Virus record (IMG/VR): IMGVR_UViG_3300037589_000199
Location: 1-45,381 of that record
DNA length: 45,381 nucleotides
From: a virus
Lineage: Duplodnaviria; Caudoviricetes
Direction: 5' to 3' (one strand)
Shown: in pieces, positions 18,292-27,903 of the stretch
How positions within the stretch are numbered: position 1 is the first letter of the stretch
How the letters are laid out: every line of letters starts with the position of its first letter
Translations under genes and position numbers: made by a program
Notes under the pieces: generated by a model
Database searches by the model: none
What the model was told of the DNA's origin: nothing
The model's input: the letters and a program-made list of their open reading frames with translations, nothing else

Positions 18292-19304
18292 GTTCGGAAG
18301 AATTTATCCGTATCCTTATTATTCGGCAACAATTGAAATTCTCTGGACGAAGGATCTGCTTGCTGTAGCCAAAGCTTTACATCATTAAAAATATCTGACG
18401 CATCATCTTCCAATCGCTTCACTTGGTACTTGATCACTTCCAGAAGAGCCGCCTGACTGGCCCCTCTCCCCTCTGTTTCACTCATAAATTGCTGGACTAC
18501 TCCTTCAGGAAGCACCTGCAGGGAGAGGCGCTTCACAGCTTTTACCATCACCAAAAGAGGAATTGCTTTTTGCACCAATTTCAATAACTCTTCCAATTCG
18601 CCATTATTTACTGACGGTATACCAGCCAGGCCTGATCCACTTCCTTCATTCAAACCTATATGGTAAGCCAAAAGATCAGTATACTTATTGCCAAGGGCTT
18701 TTTTGATTTCACGCTCCTGAACTTCTTTATTCCAAGCTAGAGTGGTATAAAAAAACCTCGGACTTTGATCAATGGGGTAAGCATCCTGAAAGATTTCCTC
18801 ATTCCATACAAACAGTTCCCTAGCTATCTTTCTATTTTGACTTCCAAGCCATTCAGGAATCTTTTTTTCTTCTAACCAGGAAATCAACATATCGGTAGTC
18901 TTATTCCCCTTGCTTACTTGCGCACGGTCATCTCTGTCCAACATCCACTCCCATGGCACCTTTTCATTTTCCGGATCTAGTTTTAGTTTTCTTCCTGCAT
19001 CTTCATGAGAGACGATATTTGACTGGTAGTAATTATAGGTAGCTCTATAGGCAATGGGGATCTGCATCATTAATACCAGTTCATCATTTAATTTTTGGGC
19101 TGCATTAGGATTTGATGTCTGGTAATCATTACCCCTATAATGATCATGCGCCCTGTCGTATACATCTTGGCCAACAAGCTTGATCATTGCATGCTCGGCC
19201 AGCATCACATCTGTAGCAATCCGATCAAATTTATTATTTGAGTAGTAGGATCCTGTCCGATCCCTAAGCTCCACTGCTCCATTATTGGCTTTATTAAATA
19301 ACAT
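18288..19304 (-). CDS. DUF6712-like phage protein (possible head-tail adaptor)
   Basis: MLFNK N-terminus, PWEWMLDRD motif; follows portal. Confidence 0.6.
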   Translation of the reverse strand: MLFNKANNGAVELRDRTGSYYSNNKFDRIATDVMLAEHAMIKLVGQDVYDRAHDHYRGNDYQTSNPNAAQKLNDELVLMMQIPIAYRATYNYYQSNIVSHEDAGRKLKLDPENEKVPWEWMLDRDDRAQVSKGNKTTDMLISWLEEKKIPEWLGSQNRKIARELFVWNEEIFQDAYPIDQSPRFFYTTLAWNKEVQEREIKKALGNKYTDLLAYHIGLNEGSGSGLAGIPSVNNGELEELLKLVQKAIPLLVMVKAVKRLSLQVLPEGVVQQFMSETEGRGASQAALLEVIKYQVKRLEDDASDIFNDVKLWLQQADPSSREFQLLPNNKDTDKFFRT

Positions 19305-19307
19305 AAA

Positions 19308-20684
19308 TCAAGGGGTTTCTTTATTGATTAATCTGTCTTCCGGGCTCACTTCCTGCTCTTTCATCACAGCATCATGGTAAAACCCCATCTTTAATTTTTT
19401 CCCAGGAAAGTTAGCTGCAATGGCTTGATTAATGGGCTCAAATATCACTTCTTCAGGTATTGAGGTATCGCTGGCCATGTACAGATTTAGCGCATATAGC
19501 ATCTGAGAGCCGGAGCTGAGCTGACCATTTACAATGATGTTAGAGAGTGAAGGATGCAAGCCCATACCCGAGGTTGTAGCTGAATCTGCTTTTTCTCCAA
19601 TTTTAACCTGGCTCTCTACAAAGTCCTTGATTTTTTGGTCTATGGCTTCTACTTTCCACTCATTCTTGTTCCCTTCTTCATCATAAAAATCTACCGTTTC
19701 TATAAACTTGCCGGCATTCCTCTTTCCAGTAAGCACTTGAGCCATTTTACTGAAAGTCTTATCTTTCAATTCTTCCAGAAGCTTTTCTATCTGTGCATCA
19801 GTTCTACCGGGATGCATTTTCTCCAGTTTCTCCAGCTTGTCTTCCCAATAGCCCGCAGGACTATGTATATGATAAGCCGAGGTAATCCCGTTTTCACTGA
19901 GGTACTTCAGTACTTCAGGAATATCAGATGAGCGCATAATCCAGTTAAGAGATCCATAGTAACTAGGCACACTATAAAAATTCCTGCCAAAGCTGTATTT
20001 GTTATGATACCCTATGGAAATCCCATGCCTGAAAGGTTTCCAGGGGTCGTGAACAGGATAGCTCGTAACACCGGTATGCAGGCAGTGATTCTGAAAGTCT
20101 CCGGTAAGGATATTTTTTACCGATTCCAATCGCTTAGGCCCTACTTTAGGCCATTCCAAACGGGCATCAGTCCCTGGTATTACTTCCAGATATTTAATCT
20201 TCCCTACACCTCCTATGCGTGGCCCTTTATTTCTTACGCGTTTTACGTATATGCCTTTCATATACTTAAATTCCACCATGGCCATATCCACGTAGCGTTT
20301 GTAATTCCAACTGTCGAGCCAGTCCTGAATTTCTTTATCTTCCACATATTCCCGGCTCACTTTTCCTTCCTTATAAATGACTTTGTACAGCTGGGGACCA
20401 TTACCATATAGCAAACCCATTTCTCTTTCGAGGATGCCTGGAGCCAGGTTATTCTTATCCATAATATCCCGGATAATCACCGGTAGATCATTATTCACAC
20501 CGTGGGGAACTATCTTTCTGCCATCTATGATAGCGGGATCAGCTTCCCAGTCAATGTTTTTTGACAAACCTACGAATTCATCAAAACTAGAAAATGGATT
20601 CTGCCCCATCACAAAGGCTCCCGCTTCCGTATTTAGCAGCCTGGTCTTACCTACTTTTTGCACTTTTTCAGCATTCTCTGTCAT
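19308..20684 (-). CDS. Phage portal protein
   Basis: 458 aa; position downstream of terminase; HGVNNDLP, YSVPSYYG, GLHPSL motifs. Confidence 0.7.
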   Translation of the reverse strand: MTENAEKVQKVGKTRLLNTEAGAFVMGQNPFSSFDEFVGLSKNIDWEADPAIIDGRKIVPHGVNNDLPVIIRDIMDKNNLAPGILEREMGLLYGNGPQLYKVIYKEGKVSREYVEDKEIQDWLDSWNYKRYVDMAMVEFKYMKGIYVKRVRNKGPRIGGVGKIKYLEVIPGTDARLEWPKVGPKRLESVKNILTGDFQNHCLHTGVTSYPVHDPWKPFRHGISIGYHNKYSFGRNFYSVPSYYGSLNWIMRSSDIPEVLKYLSENGITSAYHIHSPAGYWEDKLEKLEKMHPGRTDAQIEKLLEELKDKTFSKMAQVLTGKRNAGKFIETVDFYDEEGNKNEWKVEAIDQKIKDFVESQVKIGEKADSATTSGMGLHPSLSNIIVNGQLSSGSQMLYALNLYMASDTSIPEEVIFEPINQAIAANFPGKKLKMGFYHDAVMKEQEVSPEDRLINKETP

Positions 20685-20962
20685 AGTAATGTGGTTTTTT
20701 GACCGTTGAAGGTCATAAGGGTAGGGATGTAGAACCTCCTTGGCTCCAGGACATCTAGGTCTGTATAAGGTTGAAGAAGGTCTGCATTTTGGATTTCTGA
20801 TTGTACAGATTTAGCAGTTAGTCTCCCATTGCGCACTTCCACTATGCCCTCCGTAGTCTGTTTTTCCTCTGAATAGGACAAAAAGGAAAAGGAAAAAGTC
20901 TTGCCTTCTTTCGACAATTCACGCATCCTATTGATGGCCTCATATACCGTTAACTTACTCAT
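20681..20962 (-). CDS. Small conserved phage protein upstream of portal
   Basis: 93 aa, ATGA-coupled to portal; TFNG C-terminal motif. Confidence 0.75.
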   Translation of the reverse strand: MSKLTVYEAINRMRELSKEGKTFSFSFLSYSEEKQTTEGIVEVRNGRLTAKSVQSEIQNADLLQPYTDLDVLEPRRFYIPTLMTFNGQKTTLL

Positions 20963-20966
20963 TAAG

Positions 20967-21002
20967 CTAATTTCGTAAGGTCATATGGGTTTAGAAAGGA
21001 CA
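20967..21002 (-). promoter_or_regulatory. Putative late promoter TGTCCTTT-N20-GAAATTAG (portal operon)
   Basis: Repeated motif; 4 nt before ATG. Confidence 0.6.
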
Positions 21003-21115
21003 GGGAAATTATAAAAAATCACCCTTGATTTTAATTAATCGATTTCCCAGATCTGTTTAGGGATTAAATAAATTTCTACATTTGTTTTTTTATAATAATA
21101 TTAAAGTAATCAAAT

Positions 21116-21691
21116 ATGCTAACAGAAGAACAGAAAACAAAATTTTCATCCATGAGAGTGGAAATAATAAACCTTAACATTTTAGCGGGGTTTTATATAA
21201 GAAAACTAAATCGTTTTAATTATATCACGCAAAATACTTCCAGACATTTTATGCTTGAAGAACTTACAGCATTAAGATATATGGAAAACGGAATAATCCT
21301 TCACTTAATCAACCTTGATGATAAAAGCTCTGAATATTCATTTCGGAAAATATTAATAGAACTCAACAAAATTCATTGTGAGCAAAAAAAATTAAAAAAC
21401 CTCCAAAAACTCCTTAAAAACTATCGAGCTGAACTTTTAACCCTCAAGGATAAACACAGAAATAAACACATTGCCCACCTAAATTATATAAAGGACAAAA
21501 AATTTGATGAATTTTTAAACTATGACAATTATTTAAAACCTATGATTTCTAATGCCAACCAAATTGGAGATGAAATCTGGGGTAAACGAATCGAGTATCG
21601 TTTTAAATTAGGTAGTTTTGAAGGAATAATCAATTTCAGGGATATTTTTGAATTTTCAAAAGTTAATTATAGTGCAGAAAATGATTTTTGA
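21116..21691 (+). CDS. HEPN (AbiU2-like) domain moron, candidate anti-phage RNase
   Basis: RNKHIAH Rx5H motif; AT-rich; opposite strand; TACATTTG -7 box at 21077-21084. Confidence 0.65.
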   Translation: MLTEEQKTKFSSMRVEIINLNILAGFYIRKLNRFNYITQNTSRHFMLEELTALRYMENGIILHLINLDDKSSEYSFRKILIELNKIHCEQKKLKNLQKLLKNYRAELLTLKDKHRNKHIAHLNYIKDKKFDEFLNYDNYLKPMISNANQIGDEIWGKRIEYRFKLGSFEGIINFRDIFEFSKVNYSAENDF

Positions 21692-21879
21692 ATTTGGTGT
21701 ACCAACTGTGAGATAAAATATCAATTGATATTACTTTTAATACGATCATATAAATTTCCTGATATTTTTCAGTCCATATTAATCGCTTACTACTTACGAT
21801 AAGAACCATCTAGGTTTAAAAAATATTTAACCAATCCCTAAAAAATTATTAAAATTGCGCACTTTTTTAGTTATTACCC

Positions 21880-23631
21880 TCACCCCCTAACACTCGCACT
21901 ACCCACTTCAGGTTTCTTCGCTCCTCTTACATGCCTTCTCCAGGTTTTCCGCATCATCAGGTATTTAAAGCTATCTGAAGGATTGGTACTCTCGAGAGGA
22001 AGCCTATGGATAGGTAGCTGTTCGCTCTTTTTGTCTTTGCCTATGATATTACGGCCTCGGTCCGTTCGCTTTTTGGTTTTGGCCAGCTGCAGGGAAGATC
22101 TCAATGGCTTACAGTGAAAATAGTCTATCATCACTTTAGGCAACTTACGATTATGCCCTTGGAAAAGCTCCATCATAAAGTTATACTCTTCGGGCTGACC
22201 AATATTTCCCTGTCCTTCACTCATCAAGATTACTTTCCAGCCGGTTGGCTTCCCCTCACTGTCTTTTTCCAGGGCATTCTTCAACTGAGTAGCCAGATCC
22301 TGCCCCGCCTTTTTATAGTTATTGGCGGCTCTATCATAATACAAATGAATGGTCTTTTCACGGTGCGGCTTATAGAAGACCAGAAACTTGTCTGCCAGTT
22401 CTCTGATCCATTCAGGTGAAAGCGTATAAATGAATTTCTGAACCCGATAAAACTTCCCTAATTCCTGAGCCAGGGTCATGGAATTCATATTACCAAAATC
22501 CAATCCCATATCTATGGATTTCCGGCGATCATGATACTTGAGGATTCTACAATCTTCTTCATCCTGAAGCCCAAAGCGTAATTCCCAGTCAGGACTGGTA
22601 CCGTCCATATAGAAATGCCGCTCTCCTAGATTGGCATAGAACAATTCACCTGTCTCAGGGCTTGGTTTCAAACTCAGCACTGTAGTCTTGGCGTCTATAA
22701 AATCATCATTAAAGGCATCCTCAAACCACTCAGGCGTAAGAATATCTACATTGACATAGGAGCTGGCAATATAGAACATGTGTTGGGCTTCTTTTACCAG
22801 GCGGGTGGCCACCCATCTTTCTGTCCATCGCTGCCAGACCCTTTTCTTTTTGATGATTTCTTCAGTATCCTCGGACTCACAAGCAGCAAAATATTCTCCA
22901 AGGGATTCATTGACTACGATCGCTGTTTTAAGTACTCTGAGCAAGGCAGAAGCATTCATTCGAGTACCTCTTTCCAGAATCCAGTCATACTCTCCTACGT
23001 GATCTACATTAGGCATATCTGTGGTGAAGGTATGACCCCGATAGAATACAGAGTTACCATATTTTACACGCATCCCACGAATTGCTTTCTGGAGGTTTAA
23101 AATCCTTTCCTTTCTGAAGTACTTTACCTCATCTCCAAAGACATGCACATAGTTACCACCGGCCAAGGACGCAGGACGATCCAGGGAACCAAAGGTGATG
23201 TTAAAACCGGTAAAAAAGGTAAAGGTATGATTGTAGCTGGCCAGTTCATTGTAAGGTTTCCAGAAATGCTCTTTGATGTTTTCTGGCAAATCTGTCAATT
23301 CTTCGGGATTCACTTCCGGAGGTCGTTTCCCTATTACATAGTGTACATCCTCGATTAATCCTTTTGCCTTCAGCCCTTCTTTTACAGTTCTGAGTACGTT
23401 CTTTTGCAGGTTGGCATAGGTATCAGCCACCCAAGCAACCGGAGCCCCCGGCATATCATAGACCATTTCAATTAAACGCTCGACTTGAATATCTGTAGTC
23501 TTAGAAGATCCTCGACCGGCCACCATAGCCAAGCTCTTAGGCAGTATCATCATGCACAACTGGCTGAGCCAATTAGCAAATACCCGGTCAACTCCTTTAC
23601 TCTCCGCCTTGGGCTTCCTTCTCCAGCTCAT
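21880..23631 (-). CDS. terL: Terminase large subunit
   Basis: Walker A AGRGSSKTT, Walker B VFGDE, RNase H-like GLDFG and NPSDSFKY. Confidence 0.85.
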   Translation of the reverse strand: MSWRRKPKAESKGVDRVFANWLSQLCMMILPKSLAMVAGRGSSKTTDIQVERLIEMVYDMPGAPVAWVADTYANLQKNVLRTVKEGLKAKGLIEDVHYVIGKRPPEVNPEELTDLPENIKEHFWKPYNELASYNHTFTFFTGFNITFGSLDRPASLAGGNYVHVFGDEVKYFRKERILNLQKAIRGMRVKYGNSVFYRGHTFTTDMPNVDHVGEYDWILERGTRMNASALLRVLKTAIVVNESLGEYFAACESEDTEEIIKKKRVWQRWTERWVATRLVKEAQHMFYIASSYVNVDILTPEWFEDAFNDDFIDAKTTVLSLKPSPETGELFYANLGERHFYMDGTSPDWELRFGLQDEEDCRILKYHDRRKSIDMGLDFGNMNSMTLAQELGKFYRVQKFIYTLSPEWIRELADKFLVFYKPHREKTIHLYYDRAANNYKKAGQDLATQLKNALEKDSEGKPTGWKVILMSEGQGNIGQPEEYNFMMELFQGHNRKLPKVMIDYFHCKPLRSSLQLAKTKKRTDRGRNIIGKDKKSEQLPIHRLPLESTNPSDSFKYLMMRKTWRRHVRGAKKPEVGSASVRG

Positions 23632-24529
23632 TAAGTCTATCTTCTATTTTGATTTGCTCCATATTGGCTTCCATTCTTAATCGGGACTTTTCTCGTTCAG
23701 GGATTTCCAGGGCTTCAATCTGGCTGGCCAGCTCCTGCCGATTGATCTCTGGAAGCCCTACCACCGCTGAGTCAAGGGAATAATACCTGAGAGGCTTGAG
23801 ATACACGCCTTTATCCAGCTTTTTAGGATCCTCCTTATCTAATCCTCGCATCTTGTACGCTTTCTCCGTCAAGTTTCCATAAACTTCCCAGTCTTTGGCA
23901 GATTCAGCGTTATCTCTAACAATCAGTGCCGCCTCATCCATTTGGTCTGCATACATATTCCGCAGTGCTTTCTTCTCTACATTCCTGTTGGTATAAAAAA
24001 GCGTAACGGCCTCATCGTACATTTCAGAAGCCCTTCTATGTTGTAAATTCCAAGGAGCCCTGGTAAAAAACTTTATCGTATTCCTACGACCATATTTCCG
24101 GCTCAGGGAGTTTATTAATGTCAGAGCCTCAAGGTAAATTTGCTCTTCATTTTTCAGATCATTTACACTGCCTCCCTGAATATAATTTTCCAGTTTACGG
24201 AGTCTGTTTTTATCTAAGGCTCCGCCAAAAATATCCATTTTGGAAATATTCCATCCCCTAGACCTTCGAATCTTGCCAAGCTGCTGAGAGGCTGTTACAT
24301 TTCCTTTCTCCGCATCGCCTAAAAGAGCCATCTGCTCTTTAGCCACTGACATCAGCTGGCCTCGTTGGATATGGTAATAGACTTTACTGTTTACATCTTG
24401 TGCCGTTTCAATAAAAAAGTATTTGTCTACGTCAAAGTAAAGCGACATTTGTTCCAGGCTATACCCTAAGGAAGCCAGGTTTTCCAGTTCGGCAATACGC
24501 TCATCATCCAATGGAAACGAAAAACTCAT
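23597..24529 (-). CDS. Probable terminase small subunit
   Basis: N-terminal HTH-like segment (LASLGYSLEQMSLYF); overlaps terL start. Confidence 0.6.
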   Translation of the reverse strand: MSFSFPLDDERIAELENLASLGYSLEQMSLYFDVDKYFFIETAQDVNSKVYYHIQRGQLMSVAKEQMALLGDAEKGNVTASQQLGKIRRSRGWNISKMDIFGGALDKNRLRKLENYIQGGSVNDLKNEEQIYLEALTLINSLSRKYGRRNTIKFFTRAPWNLQHRRASEMYDEAVTLFYTNRNVEKKALRNMYADQMDEAALIVRDNAESAKDWEVYGNLTEKAYKMRGLDKEDPKKLDKGVYLKPLRYYSLDSAVVGLPEINRQELASQIEALEIPEREKSRLRMEANMEQIKIEDRLNELEKEAQGGE

Positions 24530-24532
24530 ATT

Positions 24533-24568
24533 CAAAAATAAATGTCCTCCCTTGGTAAAGGAAGGACA
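24533..24568 (-). promoter_or_regulatory. Putative late promoter TGTCCTTC-N20-TATTTTTG (terminase operon), itself an inverted repeat
   Basis: Motif variant; 3 nt before ATG 24529; ATGTCCT...AGGACAT dyad. Confidence 0.65.
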
Positions 24569-24573
24569 TCCGA

Positions 24574-24807
24574 TTAATCTGCCTTTTGATTTTTTAATTC
24601 CCTACACTTTCTAAAAAAATCTTTGATGACCAAGATATGCTGCAACTCATCTTTGCTCACATATCTATTCAAAATCGGAATAGAGCGAATCAAAACACAA
24701 ATCTTCCCCAGGGTCAAGACATAGGGGAGAAAATCTCGCTCAAACATGTGTAATAATTCAACCTGTTCTCCTAATCGAACCAAACGCTTACGCCTTTTTT
24801 CTGCCAT
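24574..24807 (-). CDS. Small hypothetical protein
   Basis: 77 aa ATG ORF filling an intergenic gap. Confidence 0.45.
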   Translation of the reverse strand: MAEKRRKRLVRLGEQVELLHMFERDFLPYVLTLGKICVLIRSIPILNRYVSKDELQHILVIKDFFRKCRELKNQKAD

Positions 24808-25064
24808 ATCAATTGCTGTTTTAAGCCCGCAATATCTAGGAGACGGAAATTATGAGGATATTTTGGGCAATTTTTTTAGTCCTTTTTAACCGCCTACTCT
24901 CTTCAATAAAATATAAACCAAAATTAACCAACCACTAATATTTAAACAACATTTTAGTGTATATATTTTGCATTTTTTTTATATTAAATAAATTTAACAT
25001 GATCTTTTACTAATTTAATTGAATTATTTAATTATTAAATTTTTAGATGATTAACTAATACAAT

Positions 25065-25652
25065 TCACAATTCAATACTCATTATACAGCTCATTCTAAA
25101 CATATAAACCCCCTTATCATTAATAAATACATATTGTTCGTGCATAGCATTTTCCGAAAAATTCCCACTTCCCTCAATCACAAAATAATTCCCCCGACTG
25201 GCAATGAGTGTTATTTTACTGTGGTTCCAGCAATAATTTACTTCAAAGTCCCTTTCTCTTTTTTGCAATTCTATCAAGTCATACACCTTAGGCATTCTGT
25301 GTTTGATAGAATCAGATATGGACATACTAATTTTCTTTATACTCCCTTTATCATACCACCTTAATAAACTAGAAAGAATCCGCTCATTTATCGAGTAAGT
25401 ACTAAATGTCAAATGATCTATTTCGCCACAGTGCTTGATGACATAAGTGATAAATGTGAAAGCATTGAAGCTTTTAAGTGTGTATAAAAAATAGGCTTCC
25501 CCACTTCTTGGCAAATTACCAATTAGCTGCTTGAGAGAGGCTATTTTGGATAGGTGTTTGCTTTCAAATTTTGAAGCATGCAACATGGCCTTTTCTTCCT
25601 TGCCTTCTTTTGTCCTGGACGGAACCAGTTCATTGACATTAAATAATTTCAT
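25065..25652 (-). CDS. Phospholipase D-like (HxK) nuclease-domain protein
   Basis: STYSI, HSKITLI...GSGNFS...EQ motifs. Confidence 0.75.
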   Translation of the reverse strand: MKLFNVNELVPSRTKEGKEEKAMLHASKFESKHLSKIASLKQLIGNLPRSGEAYFLYTLKSFNAFTFITYVIKHCGEIDHLTFSTYSINERILSSLLRWYDKGSIKKISMSISDSIKHRMPKVYDLIELQKRERDFEVNYCWNHSKITLIASRGNYFVIEGSGNFSENAMHEQYVFINDKGVYMFRMSCIMSIEL

Positions 25653-26329
25653 TAAAATTGTTTGATCAATCTCCTTACTTCCTTCAATTGACGTTTTTTT
25701 ATCCGTATTCTCCTTTCTCTCTCCGCCCGGAGATGGGGTTTTCTGTTTTTTTTCAATTCATTTTCTATACGCCACAGGTTATGCTCCAAGCGTTCTTCCA
25801 TTTTAATAAGGTCTACCGGTCCCAATTCCCGAAGTTTTTCCAAAGCTTTCATTTCCTTAAAAACCGGATGCTTACCCAAGACAATACCATGCTCCTTGTA
25901 GTGGACAAATTCCGCTATAATCGCTTTGTTTTCCTTGTAGTTATCCATTAGCATTTTCACCGTGGCCAGTTGCTCCTCACGACTAACACAGTCGAAAAGC
26001 TGTTCATGAGCTCGAACATAGTTCCAATAAGCAGTGATCTTGTCAGCAGCTAGGACTTTAAGTTCAGGAGGACAGGCTGGATCAGAAAGAAAGGGCCAGT
26101 TTTCCCGAAAAGTCCCCTTCTCCTGCCGAATTCGCCTGACCTCACTTAGACTAATCCCAGAACGAGAGGCCAACTCACGAATTAAAATAGGATAGGCCAA
26201 TTGATGGTTGTACCTGACTAGTCTTATGAAGGGATGACCTTCCCCAGCATCCGCAGCAAAAAGCCGAAGCCCTTCACTTAATGGGGCTCCGGCCTTCAGC
26301 CATTGGTATACTTTAGGCTTTTCAATCAT
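25652..26329 (-). CDS. Conserved hypothetical phage protein
   Basis: 225 aa; FRENWPFLSDPACPPELK motif; coupled on both sides. Confidence 0.75.
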   Translation of the reverse strand: MIEKPKVYQWLKAGAPLSEGLRLFAADAGEGHPFIRLVRYNHQLAYPILIRELASRSGISLSEVRRIRQEKGTFRENWPFLSDPACPPELKVLAADKITAYWNYVRAHEQLFDCVSREEQLATVKMLMDNYKENKAIIAEFVHYKEHGIVLGKHPVFKEMKALEKLRELGPVDLIKMEERLEHNLWRIENELKKNRKPHLRAERERRIRIKKRQLKEVRRLIKQF

Positions 26330-27249
26330 TTTTCAAACCTACATTTTTCGGCAAACAAAACTTTAAGATGAGGTTCCACTGCTTTCCAACCAGCATCATT
26401 ATTATTTAACCACTTCCTTGTAGCTATTACTCGCTTAAGTATTTTAGGATCTGGATTGCCACGGTAAACACTTGCACAGATAGACCCACTGCCATCATTT
26501 TTGGTAATGATTGGTCTGTAATCAGAAAAAATCGAATTGGCATAAAGTGAATAAATCAGATGCCCCTCTTTATCGCAACCATAGTGTGCGATCACCTTTG
26601 CCAAACTACTTTTCTCCATCACCACCGGCATATGGGTAGCATAGTCAAATGGATCATGAATTCCTTCCTTCTTAAGTGCTTTAACTGTGTTTTGGCAGTT
26701 TTCAGCATAAAGCCCATTGGCAGCACCACGTTTTAATAGTTTGCCGTGAGCTTTAAGTGTGATTATATCTGCAAGCTCCACAGGACATAGGGTATAGATA
26801 TCATCATTGCTCCAGATAAATACATCACTTACTTGATCAGAAGCAATGGCTGCTATCATTTTATGAGCCACATCTATTTGAGGATTTTTACTTTGTGGAC
26901 TGTGCGGAATGTGTACCAATCCCTTACCTGCCCAAGGTGGCTTGTCTCCGATGATCACCACATTCCCCTCAGGAAAATACTTTGCCCAGGCGCGAACAGC
27001 ATATAGAAGTTCTTCACCTTTTGCCTTCCCTGCTAGGTATGGAATCACTATACTTGTTGCATTACTTTTTTTTACTGCAGCAGCATTTTGCGCATTGTCC
27101 ACAGTCTTTTTTTTTGGTGTAGATTTCTTTGTACTGGTTTTGGACTTGGAAGGATTTTCAATTTTTCCCTGCTCACTAATTACAATTTCATCTACAGATG
27201 CTCCCTTTTTCTTTACATCTGTATCTTTTTTTTGATTTTTGGTATTCAT
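26326..27249 (-). CDS. Stealth-like / glycosyltransferase-fold protein
   Basis: IVIPY...EELLYAVRAW...VVIIGDKPPW...FIWSNDDIY...THMP...LNNND resembles Stealth conserved regions. Confidence 0.6.
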   Translation of the reverse strand: MNTKNQKKDTDVKKKGASVDEIVISEQGKIENPSKSKTSTKKSTPKKKTVDNAQNAAAVKKSNATSIVIPYLAGKAKGEELLYAVRAWAKYFPEGNVVIIGDKPPWAGKGLVHIPHSPQSKNPQIDVAHKMIAAIASDQVSDVFIWSNDDIYTLCPVELADIITLKAHGKLLKRGAANGLYAENCQNTVKALKKEGIHDPFDYATHMPVVMEKSSLAKVIAHYGCDKEGHLIYSLYANSIFSDYRPIITKNDGSGSICASVYRGNPDPKILKRVIATRKWLNNNDAGWKAVEPHLKVLFAEKCRFEK

Positions 27250-27269
27250 GATATTTATTGGATTAAAGT

Positions 27270-27306
27270 AAAAAGCCCTCCGTCCGGATGTCCGGGCCGG
27301 AGGGCT
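27270..27306 (-). terminator. Rho-independent terminator after capsid/tube genes
   Basis: AGCCCTCCG...CGGAGGGCT GC-rich stem followed by T run on minus strand. Confidence 0.75.
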
Positions 27307-27324
27307 ACGCCTGATTGATTTAAA

Positions 27325-27888
27325 TTAGATTCCTGATCCACCGGATCCACTGCCATCTGACGGAGGATCATATACAGGAGGATCATCATGCCTGTAATGG
27401 ATCATCTTATTGAAGGATTGCTGTCCGGAGGCGAAAGTTAGTGTACTGCTTATCCCTTCGGTGTTATCCTGACCTGTCACGGACATGAAGAGGGGATTAC
27501 AAGGAGTCCCTTGAAGCCTTACACCTTTAGCATCTCCACATTCTTTGCTAAGGATCAAGAAACCTTCATTTAGATGCTCCTGAAGCCATGCTGCAAAGTG
27601 TTCATCATCACCAGGCCGCTTACCTTCAAAATTGCTAATCCACCCTGCCATTTCCTCACTGGCTTCCCCTTCAGATGAATCAAACCGATTGATGGATTTT
27701 GGATTGAAGTATACAGCCATCCCTTTCTTGCCATCCTTCATTACTATCGATGAGGTGGAGACCACGCCCTTTTTGGTTGGCATGGATTCCACATCCTCAG
27801 AAAGCATAAACACCACATTAGGCTCCTTTGGCTTGGGAGAGCCTGCCCCCACTCTATTTTTTGGTACTGATACTTTTACATAAGTCAT
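27325..27888 (-). CDS. Major structural protein, probable tail tube
   Basis: 187 aa beta-rich ORF after capsid and before terminator; GTPCNPL motif. Confidence 0.6.
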   Translation of the reverse strand: MTYVKVSVPKNRVGAGSPKPKEPNVVFMLSEDVESMPTKKGVVSTSSIVMKDGKKGMAVYFNPKSINRFDSSEGEASEEMAGWISNFEGKRPGDDEHFAAWLQEHLNEGFLILSKECGDAKGVRLQGTPCNPLFMSVTGQDNTEGISSTLTFASGQQSFNKMIHYRHDDPPVYDPPSDGSGSGGSGI

Positions 27889-27903
27889 AATTCTTCCTTT
27901 CTT

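Noticed and set aside
21490-21497. Extra AAAGGACA (TGTCCTTT on minus) match
   Set aside because: Inside a CDS; no -7-like box 20 nt downstream and no gene start
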